Below, piece by piece: positions 1-7,991 of a DNA stretch of 64,000 bases; within the stretch, counting starts at the first letter, position 1; each line of letters opens with the position of its first letter. The DNA lies in the NCBI GenBank assembly GCA_040218735.1, contig JAVJQW010000042.1:128001-192000 (forward strand). The letters run 5' to 3'. Position numbers and translations under genes: made by a program. The notes under the pieces are model-generated. The model searched no databases. It saw only the letters and a program-made list of their open reading frames with translations, and was not told where the DNA came from. The DNA comes from Deltaproteobacteria bacterium. GTDB taxonomy: Bacteria > Myxococcota > Kuafuiibacteriia > Kuafuiibacteriales > Kuafuiibacteriaceae.

Positions 1-841
1 GCTCCGTGATCTTGTCGTTCTTCGCGATCGACGCCGACACGATCGACGAGTCGATCCCTCCGCTGAGGAAGGCGCCGAGCGGCACCTCACTCATCAGCTC
101 GATCTCCACCGTCTCGTCGATTCGGCGATCGATCTCGTCGTCGAGCCCCGGCGGATCGCCGACACCGAGCTCCGGCGGGCTCCAGTACCGCGCGACGCGT
201 GCCTCCTCGGTCGTCACGGTGATCGTGCAGCCGGGCTCCAGCTGTCGCATCCCCTCGAACGCCGCGTAGCTCGCCGGCGAGTAACCGAAGCGCATGTACA
301 GGTGCAGCGTGTCGAGGTCCGGACGGCGTGGCATGTCCGGGTGGCGCAAGAGCGCCTTCGGCTCCGAGCCGAACAGGAACAGGCGCGGCGTCTCGTAGTA
401 GTAGTACGGCTTCACGCCGAGGCGATCGCGCGCTCCGAACAGGAGGTTCTTCGTCTTGTCGTAGATCGTGAACGCAAAGATCCCGCGCAGCCGATCGACG
501 ACGCGCGGGCCCCACGCCGAGTAGCCGTGGACGATGACCTCGGTGTCCGAGCTCGTCCGGAACCGATACCCGACCGCTTCGAGGTCACGCTTGAGGCCGA
601 GGTAGTTGTAGATCTCGCCGTTGTACGTGACCCACACGTCCTCGGCTTCGTTGGTCATCGGCTGCGCGCCGTCCGACAGTCCGATGATCGAAAGGCGCCG
701 ATGCCCGAGGCCGACCCCGTCGTGCACGAAGACGCCGCGACCGTCCGGCCCGCGGTGCACGAGCGCGTCGGTCATCGCGTCGAGCGCGGCGCGGTCCGGC
801 GATCCCTCGCGACGATGGAAGATACCGGCGATGCCGCACAT
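1..841 (-). CDS. asnB: Asparagine synthase (glutamine-hydrolysing)-like amidotransferase, 3' end beyond window
   Basis: ATG at 841 gives MCGIAGI...HRGPDG...LGHRRLSII...QPM...YNGEIYN...SDTEV...ARDRLGVKP...GAFLSGGIDSS: class II GATase Cys followed by the synthetase domain. Absent from the ORF track because it runs off the window. Confidence 0.9.
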   Translation of the reverse strand, partial: MCGIAGIFHRREGSPDRAALDAMTDALVHRGPDGRGVFVHDGVGLGHRRLSIIGLSDGAQPMTNEAEDVWVTYNGEIYNYLGLKRDLEAVGYRFRTSSDTEVIVHGYSAWGPRVVDRLRGIFAFTIYDKTKNLLFGARDRLGVKPYYYYETPRLFLFGSEPKALLRHPDMPRRPDLDTLHLYMRFGYSPASYAAFEGMRQLEPGCTITVTTEEARVARYWSPPELGVGDPPGLDDEIDRRIDETVEIELMSEVPLGAFLSGGIDSSIVSASIAKNDKITE

Positions 842-879
842 CGCGCGAAAGCTACCGCGATGCGGTGTTCGATAGAACC

Positions 880-1509
880 TCAGTCGAACATTCGCACGGC
901 GGTCTGTGTCTCGGGGTCGATGTCCACACGCAGGTTGTTGCCATTCGGCATCTTGAACACGTGCGCGTGATCCTTGTTCCACTCGAAGATACGGAACGGC
1001 TCGCCGAGCTGCGCGACCAGCTCGTCCCGCGTGATCCCCAGCTTCACACCGCGGTAGGTACCCGCGAACGGCGGGTCGATCCGGATCGTCTTCACGCGGT
1101 CCTGGTGGTCGAAGAAGTACCAGACCCCCACCGACTCGAAGCGAAACGACTCACGCTGCTTCCGGCACTCGGTCTCGGTGATGCCACCCCCGAGGCGTTC
1201 GACGGTGTAGCCGTGCTCGGTCTTCTTGCGGACCTCCGGCGGAGCCGACGGCTGCCTCTCGAACCCCTCGAAGAACCGCGCGTACGCGGCGTGCACGTTG
1301 GCCTTCGCGTGTCCGAACGTGAAGGGCACCGTGGCCGACAGGGACTCCTTCGTGAGCTCCTCGAGATCGAGATCCGGCTGCGGGTCGATCTCCTTGCAAC
1401 CGATCTTGCTCAACCGACTCGTCGTCTTGGACGTGGAGGGTTCACTCGGAGGGGGAGCGCTCGCACAGGCGACGAGCATCGCCACGCTCGAGGCGATCAC
1501 GATTCGCAT
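880..1509 (-). CDS. Hypothetical lipoprotein
   Basis: 209-aa ORF with signal peptide and lipobox LVAC; co-oriented between the adenylation gene and asnB. Confidence 0.7.
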   Translation of the reverse strand: MRIVIASSVAMLVACASAPPPSEPSTSKTTSRLSKIGCKEIDPQPDLDLEELTKESLSATVPFTFGHAKANVHAAYARFFEGFERQPSAPPEVRKKTEHGYTVERLGGGITETECRKQRESFRFESVGVWYFFDHQDRVKTIRIDPPFAGTYRGVKLGITRDELVAQLGEPFRIFEWNKDHAHVFKMPNGNNLRVDIDPETQTAVRMFD

Positions 1510-1536
1510 GAAACGAATTCTCGCCGCGACCCGAGG

Positions 1537-3003
1537 TCATGACAAGCGCCCGAGCAGCGCTCGTCGATCCACCTTCCCGTTTGCCGTCCGCGGGAGCGTG
1601 TCCACCGCTTCGAGCGTGGTCGGTTGCATGTACTTCGGGAGCATCTTCCCGAGGCGCGCACGCGCGGAGTCGGCGTCGCCGATCACAAAAAGGTGAAGCA
1701 GGTGCCCCGCCTCGGCGTCCGGTGTCGCGACGGCCGCGGCATCGTCCACACCCTCCGCCGAGCACGCGACGCCCTCCAGCTCGCCGAGCTCCACACGGTA
1801 GCCGCGTACCTTGATCGCGTTGTCGTTTCGGCCCTTGAAGATCAGCCGCCCACGCGCATCACGCGCGGCACGATCTCCGGTGCGGTACACCGTCTGCCGT
1901 ACGTCCCGGAGCGGGTGCGGCACAAACGCCTTCGCGGTGCGCTCCGGGTCGCGGTAGTAACCCGACGCCACCGCACCCCCGACCACATGGATCTCGCCCT
2001 CGTCCGCCGCGGCGCCGTTCTCGATCAACAGCACGTCGTAGTTCGGAAATGGCGCGCCGATCGGTAGCGGCGACTCCACCTCGTCCACGACGTGGTAGGT
2101 CGACGAGTTCGCCTCGGTCTGGCCGTAGACGTTTATCAGCGTCGCGTGCGGGAGCGCTGCCTTCAGCTTCTTCAGCGGCTCCGTGGGGAAGGGCTCCCCG
2201 GCGAACATCACCAGCCGCAGGCGCGACAAGTCACGCTCCTCGAGCCCCCCTCGGTCCAACAGCTGAACGAGCGCCGAAGGCACCGAGTTCCACACCGTCA
2301 CCGACGACTCGACGAGCTCCCCGATCTTCGCGGGAAAGGCGATCCACTTCTCCGGGATCAACACGACCTCCGCACCGCCCGCGAACGCGCAGAAGAGATC
2401 GATGATCGAGAGGTCGAAGTTGAACGGCGCATGCGAGGCGAGCGCGTCGTCGCCCGTGATCGCAAAGACCGACGTCGCGCTCCGCACGAACGTCAGCGAC
2501 TGCAGGTGCGTGATCGCAACACCCTTCGGCGCCCCCGTGCTCCCGCTCGTGTAGAGTACGTACGCGAGATCCTGATCCGTGCGAACGCAGACAGGACGCT
2601 CCCCGGTCGCGTCCGTCGGCGCGAGCATCGTGAACGGAAGCGGCGGGTCCGCCTTGTCCGCGAGTTTCTTCGGACGCCCGGCCACGAACAACACGCGCAC
2701 GTCGCAATGCTCCAGCGCGAAGCGCACCCGCTCCACCGGCGCCGCCGGATCCAGCGGCACGTAGGCCGCACCAGCCCTGAGGATCCCGAGCAGCGCCACC
2801 ACCGCGTCCACGCTCTTCGGCATGAACAGCCCGACGCGATCCCCCGGCGCGACCCCTTCCGCGATCAGCTGCTGCGCGACCCCGTTCACCCGCGCGTCGA
2901 GCGCCGCGTACGTGATCGTGTCGTCCTGAAACCGCACCGCCACCCGGTCCGGCGTTCCGTCCGCCGCCGCCGTGACCAGATCGTCGAGCAGAAACGGAGT
3001 CAC
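1537..3003 (-). CDS. Stand-alone amino acid adenylation enzyme (PltF/RedM/DltA-like aminoacyl-carrier ligase)
   Basis: Core motifs GAAYVPLDP, YTSGSTGAPKG, FDLS, FAGE, NVYGQTE, YRTGD, KVRGYRVELGELE, NGKVDR. GTG at 3003 overlaps the upstream stop (GTGA). Confidence 0.9.
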   Translation of the reverse strand: MTPFLLDDLVTAAADGTPDRVAVRFQDDTITYAALDARVNGVAQQLIAEGVAPGDRVGLFMPKSVDAVVALLGILRAGAAYVPLDPAAPVERVRFALEHCDVRVLFVAGRPKKLADKADPPLPFTMLAPTDATGERPVCVRTDQDLAYVLYTSGSTGAPKGVAITHLQSLTFVRSATSVFAITGDDALASHAPFNFDLSIIDLFCAFAGGAEVVLIPEKWIAFPAKIGELVESSVTVWNSVPSALVQLLDRGGLEERDLSRLRLVMFAGEPFPTEPLKKLKAALPHATLINVYGQTEANSSTYHVVDEVESPLPIGAPFPNYDVLLIENGAAADEGEIHVVGGAVASGYYRDPERTAKAFVPHPLRDVRQTVYRTGDRAARDARGRLIFKGRNDNAIKVRGYRVELGELEGVACSAEGVDDAAAVATPDAEAGHLLHLFVIGDADSARARLGKMLPKYMQPTTLEAVDTLPRTANGKVDRRALLGRLS

Positions 3004-4148
3004 AGCCCGATCCACCGCGAGATGATGTTGCGCTGGATGTCGGAGGTTCCGGAGTACAGGACGCTCCCCACCGAGTCGCGCAGCATCCGCTCCATCTCGT
3101 ACTCCGCCATGAAGCCGTAGCCGCCGTGGATCGCGACGGCGTCCATCGACGACTGCACGTAGGCCTCCGAGACGTAGAGCTTCGCGATCGCCGCTTCGAG
3201 CACCGCGCGTTTACCGGAGTCCTTGAGCCATCCGACCTTGTAGAGCATCTGCCGGCCGACCTCGATGCGCATCTTCATGTTCGCGATGCGATGGGAGACC
3301 GCCTGGAACTTCCCGATCGACTGCCCGAACTGCCTCCGGTCGCGCGCGTACTCCACGCACTTCTCGAGCTGTCGCTCCATCGCGCCCAGGTGGCAGGCGA
3401 ACAAACACGAGCGCTCCCACTCCATCTCGCTCGAGAAGATCGCCGCGCCGCCGCCCTTCTTGCCGAGCATCGCCGACGCGGGCACCCGCACGTCGTCGAG
3501 CGTGACCTCTGCGGTCGGCGAGGTCCGCAACCCGAGCTTGTCGAGCGGCCGTCCAATCGTGACGCCTGCGGTGTCGGTGTCGACGAGGAACGCCGTGATG
3601 CCTCCGCCGAACCCGCGCTTCTCTCCGGTCGACGTGAAGATGATCAGCACGTCCGCGATCGGCGCGTTCGTGATGAACGTCTTGCTCCCGTTGATGATCC
3701 AATCGTCGCCGTCCTGCACCGCCTTCGTCTGCATCGCAAACGCGTCCGAGCCGGAGTTGGGCTCGGTCGTCGCGTGGCCGCCGATGATCTCCCCGGTGAC
3801 GAGGCGTGGCAGGTACTTGTCCTTCTGCTCCTCCGATCCGAACTTCAGGATCGGCATCTCACACGTCCACAGCTGCGTGTTGACGACGAACGCGAGCCCC
3901 TGGTCGTCGGCGCCGTAGCCGAGCGCCTCCATCGCGACCATCGAGCTCACACAACCGAGCCCGAGCCCGCCGTACTGCTCCGGGACCGCGAGGCCCAGCA
4001 GGCCCATCTCGCCGCAGGCGAAGAACCCGTCGCGATCGAACTCGTGCTTCGCGTCGCGCTCGACCACGCCGCCGTTCAGGCGCTGGCGGGCGAACTCGAT
4101 GATCTGCGATCGGAAGAGCGTCTGCTCCTCGGTGAGGGCAAAATCCAC
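3000..4148 (-). CDS. Acyl-CoA dehydrogenase family, resembling L-prolyl-PCP dehydrogenases (PltE/RedW)
   Basis: TTEPNSGSDA, INGSKTFITNAP, KLGLR, RRQFGQSIGKFQAV, HGGYG, YSGTSDIQR; translationally coupled to the adenylation gene. Confidence 0.85.
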   Translation of the reverse strand: MDFALTEEQTLFRSQIIEFARQRLNGGVVERDAKHEFDRDGFFACGEMGLLGLAVPEQYGGLGLGCVSSMVAMEALGYGADDQGLAFVVNTQLWTCEMPILKFGSEEQKDKYLPRLVTGEIIGGHATTEPNSGSDAFAMQTKAVQDGDDWIINGSKTFITNAPIADVLIIFTSTGEKRGFGGGITAFLVDTDTAGVTIGRPLDKLGLRTSPTAEVTLDDVRVPASAMLGKKGGGAAIFSSEMEWERSCLFACHLGAMERQLEKCVEYARDRRQFGQSIGKFQAVSHRIANMKMRIEVGRQMLYKVGWLKDSGKRAVLEAAIAKLYVSEAYVQSSMDAVAIHGGYGFMAEYEMERMLRDSVGSVLYSGTSDIQRNIISRWIGL

Positions 4149-4186
4149 GCGACGGGTTGTAACGCGGACCCGGAGGTCGGGGAAGG

Positions 4187-5623
4187 TCAGCGGATCTGCA
4201 GTCGATACCCGCCGGTCGCGCCCGCGTAGCCGACGACCCGCACGTAGATTCGCTCCGCCGCAAACACGCCGCTCGCCTCCTCGAGCGCCGTGAGCCCCGT
4301 GCTGCCCCCGATGGCGCGACCGTCCTCGCCGTACAGATGTACGTCGAGATCCCCCGCGTCCGCGCCCAGCTCGACGCGTACCGCGAGCGCTCCGCCGCCG
4401 TGGTCGACGGCGAACACGTCCACGTCTTGGGCGGTGGCGATCGATCCCGAGAACTCGAACGGCGCGCTGACCGTCGGTGCTTCCACGCCGTCTTCGTTCG
4501 GTTCGTAGTCGTCGACCGCCGCGTCCTCGATCTCGATCGTGATCGCGTATGCGTTCACCGCGCCCGCGTAGCCGTACACGTCGAGCACGTACGTCCCGGG
4601 GCCGAGGCCGGTGAGCGCGAGGGTTTCGTCGTCGTCCGCGGAGTCCGCGACGGTATCGCCGAGCGCCATGTCGACGTCACCGTCGGCGTGGACGAAGTCG
4701 AGGTGCACCGTGATGGCACCGCCGACCGGGAGCGTGACGGCAAATCGGTCGTGGTCGTCCGTCAGGATCGTGAGGCCCTCGGCCGAGAAGTCACCCGTCA
4801 CGACGGTCGCGGTGTCGCCATTGGGTTCGAGGGCGTCCGCGACGAGGGGCCCGCGGAAGCGATCACCCAACACCGAACGAACGAGCGGGAGCACCGCGCT
4901 CATCGCGACGCCTTCGGTGTACGTGCCGCGTCCGTCTGTGTCGGGGTTGGGTCCGTACCCGGCGTGGTGCACGGCGACGACTTCGTGGCGCACGGCCGAG
5001 AGCACCGGTGCGCCGGACGATCCGGTCGCGGTGTCGGCGTCGTACCGGTGGAGGCGTCCCACGTCCCAGAGGGTTCCCGGGGAGAGCTTCTTGTCCGGAG
5101 CGCAGCCGGGCTCGCGGTAGAAGTCGCAGTTGCCGTGGACGACATAGATCGCCTCGCCCACCTCCGGGTCCGCTTCGGCGAGGGGGAGCACGCCGTGTAC
5201 GTCGCCGGGGCTCTGGTCGCAGCCGAGGAGCGTGAAGTCCAGCGCGTGTTCCGTGGTGATGTGTTCGCTGCAGTCGTAGCGTGACCACAACGAGGGGGGC
5301 ACGCCGGTCTCGCGCGCAAAGGCGACGGTGAGCCCGCGCGCAGCTTCGGCGTTGGGCACGCAGTGCGCGCTGGTGATGAGGACGTCGCGGGCGATCAGGA
5401 ACCCGGTGCAGCGAACGCCGCGGGCCGCGATGTCGAGATCTCCGACGGCCCGCGACCGCGTACGTTCCTGCGAGGACGGGTCGAGCGTCGTGACGTCGAC
5501 CCAGTCCACGTCTCCGACGATCACCGAGCGTCCGTCGTACGACGTCGTCGGGTTCTCGGTCGCGCCGCATCCGACGGCGAACACTCCCAGGAGCAAGAGG
5601 CCCGAGCGTCGCCGACGTCCCAT
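4187..5623 (-). CDS. Trypsin-like serine protease lipoprotein with C-terminal PPC-type domains
   Basis: Lipobox FAVGC; catalytic triad motifs ITSAHC, DFTLL, GSSGAP; two acidic EPN...D(V/L)DxxL PPC-like modules. Confidence 0.85.
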   Translation of the reverse strand: MGRRRRSGLLLLGVFAVGCGATENPTTSYDGRSVIVGDVDWVDVTTLDPSSQERTRSRAVGDLDIAARGVRCTGFLIARDVLITSAHCVPNAEAARGLTVAFARETGVPPSLWSRYDCSEHITTEHALDFTLLGCDQSPGDVHGVLPLAEADPEVGEAIYVVHGNCDFYREPGCAPDKKLSPGTLWDVGRLHRYDADTATGSSGAPVLSAVRHEVVAVHHAGYGPNPDTDGRGTYTEGVAMSAVLPLVRSVLGDRFRGPLVADALEPNGDTATVVTGDFSAEGLTILTDDHDRFAVTLPVGGAITVHLDFVHADGDVDMALGDTVADSADDDETLALTGLGPGTYVLDVYGYAGAVNAYAITIEIEDAAVDDYEPNEDGVEAPTVSAPFEFSGSIATAQDVDVFAVDHGGGALAVRVELGADAGDLDVHLYGEDGRAIGGSTGLTALEEASGVFAAERIYVRVVGYAGATGGYRLQIR

Positions 5624-5714
5624 GAGGTCAGCAAAGCAAGCAACCCGAGATCGGTCGTATCCGTACGAGGTCGTATTTTGAATGGATTCGTGGTTTCGCG
5701 CGACCAGCGGACCA

Positions 5715-5804
5715 CTACGGCGTGAACGGGGGCTCGAACCACTCGGCGACGATCAGGAGCTCGTGGAGCCGTGCTTCCTTCTGTACGCGGAGCGGATCGA
5801 GCAC
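5715..5804 (-). CDS. Possible 29-aa small ORF
   Basis: GTG...TAG reading VLDPLRVQKEARLHELLIVAEWFEPPFTP with mostly G/C third positions; fills the gap between co-oriented genes; no clear RBS. Confidence 0.25.
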   Translation of the reverse strand: MLDPLRVQKEARLHELLIVAEWFEPPFTP

Positions 5805-5823
5805 AGGAGGGAACGGCAAAGGC

Positions 5824-6936
5824 TCAGCGCGGCGCAGCGTCTTCCCAGTGCGGATAGTCCTCGCGGAGCTTGGCCATCGCGAAGTGCTCCTCGATCCACT
5901 CGATCACCCGCGGCGTCAGGCTCAGGTCGCGGGTCTCGTCGGGGGCAGAGAGGTCGAACGTCTTCTTCTCGCCGTCGGGCGCACGCAGCGTGAGCTTGCG
6001 CGGCAGCCCGAACACGTTGAGATCGACCGCGACGCCGTCGTAGTGGTTCGACGCTTCGGCGCCGGACTGGGTGGCAAACGCGACCCGGTAGCTGTCCGCC
6101 ATGTGGCGCGCGGCCTCGACGGTGGCTTCCCATCCGTCGGGGTGACGCCAGCGGATCGGGACGTCGAGCTTCCACTCGCCGTTCAGACGATCGAGGAGCG
6201 CTGCGTGGGTCTCGACCTCCTCCGCGGTGGTCTTCTTCGACATCGAGTACGCACCCCAGATCAAGTAGCCGCGCCGCCGGTCGCGCACCGTCGAGTAGAG
6301 GAGCACCGTCGCCCCTTGTCGCTTCAACTGGCGCATGAGGCTGCGCACCCGCTTCGCGAACGTCTTGTTCGGATCCAGTCGCTGCAGCGCGCGTAGCTTC
6401 CGACGAAGGCCCGACGGATTCGGATACCGACGACACCAGCGCGGGCCGAGCACCTCGCCGTCCTTCGCACGCGGCAGCCGAACCAGCCGGCGCGGTCGGT
6501 CGACGTCGATCGTGCCCTCGCCGTACACCCGCGGCGCGTCCGAGAACACGTCGTCGGGGTGGACATAGATCCCAGCTCGGCGTGCCCGGCTCGCGGGGAG
6601 CCAGATCGTCCGGGCCTTCGTCGCGGTGGCGACGATCACGTCGTCGAGGAAGTAGAGGAAGTCGTCTACGTCGATCGGTCGCCCGACCTCCTCTCGGATG
6701 ACCCGCAGGAACGGCTCGTCCGGGTGGCGACGCGCGATTCGGGTGAGGCGTCGGCGGTCGTACTGCACGCCGTCGATCGTCACCGCTTGTTCGCCGAGCT
6801 GCTCCGCCGCCTGTAGGAGTAGCGCTCTTGGGTCGACGTTGCCGTCGGGGACTTTCAGGCGGTCCCAGGTGCGGTTGGTCTCGATCTCGGATTCGGAGGC
6901 GCCGGCGAGCGCGAGGGTGAGGACCAGACCGAACAT
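5824..6936 (-). CDS. Secreted M15-family Zn peptidase-like protein (peptidoglycan hydrolase type)
   Basis: Signal peptide; STVR, SNHYDGVAVD (SxHxxGxAxD) and C-terminal DYPHWE motifs. Confidence 0.65.
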   Translation of the reverse strand: MFGLVLTLALAGASESEIETNRTWDRLKVPDGNVDPRALLLQAAEQLGEQAVTIDGVQYDRRRLTRIARRHPDEPFLRVIREEVGRPIDVDDFLYFLDDVIVATATKARTIWLPASRARRAGIYVHPDDVFSDAPRVYGEGTIDVDRPRRLVRLPRAKDGEVLGPRWCRRYPNPSGLRRKLRALQRLDPNKTFAKRVRSLMRQLKRQGATVLLYSTVRDRRRGYLIWGAYSMSKKTTAEEVETHAALLDRLNGEWKLDVPIRWRHPDGWEATVEAARHMADSYRVAFATQSGAEASNHYDGVAVDLNVFGLPRKLTLRAPDGEKKTFDLSAPDETRDLSLTPRVIEWIEEHFAMAKLREDYPHWEDAAPR

Positions 6937-7109
6937 CGAGGACGCGCGTTAGGGTAGCAGAGGCGAGCGCGAGTACGAGGCGCTCCGACTGTATCGGGCG
7001 TCCACGCTACGCGATTGTTCACGTGGCGTTGTTGCTACGGATCGATTGCGCACATCGTCCAAGTGCGCGGATCGTCGTTCGCGCGCGTGACGCAGCTCGC
7101 GAGAAATTG

Positions 7110-7126
7110 CTGGCACGCTCCCTGCG
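7110..7126 (+). promoter_or_regulatory. Putative sigma-54 (-24/-12) promoter
   Basis: CTGGCACGCTCCCTGCG has GG-N10-GC spacing and the TGGCACG core; ends just upstream of ATG 7140. Confidence 0.6.
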
Positions 7127-7139
7127 ATGGACGTCGGGC

Positions 7140-7403
7140 ATGATCAAGATGACTCGTGCCCTGGCCCTCCTGTCCGCCTCCGCGCTCCTGACGCTGGGGT
7201 TGGTCACCGCCGCCGGCGATCGCCCGGCGCCCCTCTCCGCTTCGATTTCTCACATGGAGCAGATCGACTTCGACGCGCCGACCTACGTGATCGTCGACCA
7301 AGTCGAAGACGCGCCGATGGCGACCGGCGCGCTGAAGGTGGAAGAGGTCGAGTTCATCCAGCCGCTCGAGGTCCGCATCTACCGCACCGTCCCTGGCGTC
7401 TGA
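7140..7403 (+). CDS. Small secreted hypothetical protein
   Basis: MIKMTRALALLSASALLTLGLV signal peptide and acidic mature part; follows the sigma-54 site. Confidence 0.65.
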   Translation: MIKMTRALALLSASALLTLGLVTAAGDRPAPLSASISHMEQIDFDAPTYVIVDQVEDAPMATGALKVEEVEFIQPLEVRIYRTVPGV

Positions 7404-7463
7404 CCGAAACCGCTTGAACGGCCCACCGGGCGTCGTTACGTTGATCTCGAGGAGGGGGTCGAC

Positions 7464-7991
7464 ATGGAGACACGCGCGCTCGCGCCGTTGAATCGTTGCC
7501 GCATCGAGCGGGTCGGAGACGAGGTCGTCGTCACCGACCGCCGCATCTCCTTCCCCGCGACGGTCGCCCTGATCGTGGGCGCCTTCGGCGTCAGCGCGGC
7601 CATTGCGATCCCCGCCTACCTCGCGGGGGAGTGGGCCCTCTTCGGGCTGTCCGTCCTCCAGTACGGGCTCCTCGCCGTCTTCGGTATCGGCTACGCGCGG
7701 CGCGTCTATCGCGACGGTGCGCCGCGCCGCATCCCGCTCGCGTTGGGCTTGCGCACCGAGGTCGTGGAGTCCGAGACACGGAACGCCCACATCCTGGCGT
7801 CGTCGCGTGCGCTCTACGTCACCCTCGACGGGGAACGTCGGTTCGTCATGCAGGCGTCGGCGTCCAGCCCGGACTACGACCGGCTCCCGGAGGTCGGCAA
7901 GTGGATCGAAGAGACGGCGCGAAACCACGTCGCTTCGGACGGCGGGTTCGATGGCCTCCGCCGCGAGCTCGGTCTCGCGCCGAAGGCCTGA
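7464..7991 (+). CDS. Hypothetical membrane protein (2 TM)
   Basis: RBS GAGGAGG; 175 aa with two hydrophobic segments. Confidence 0.7.
   Translation: METRALAPLNRCRIERVGDEVVVTDRRISFPATVALIVGAFGVSAAIAIPAYLAGEWALFGLSVLQYGLLAVFGIGYARRVYRDGAPRRIPLALGLRTEVVESETRNAHILASSRALYVTLDGERRFVMQASASSPDYDRLPEVGKWIEETARNHVASDGGFDGLRRELGLAPKA

Noticed and set aside
5720-5790. tRNA or SRP RNA (minus strand has GGTTCGAGCCC and GAAGGAAGCA)
   Set aside because: I could not build a cloverleaf or the SRP CAGG/GGAA/AGCA helix; the stretch reads better as a short ORF.
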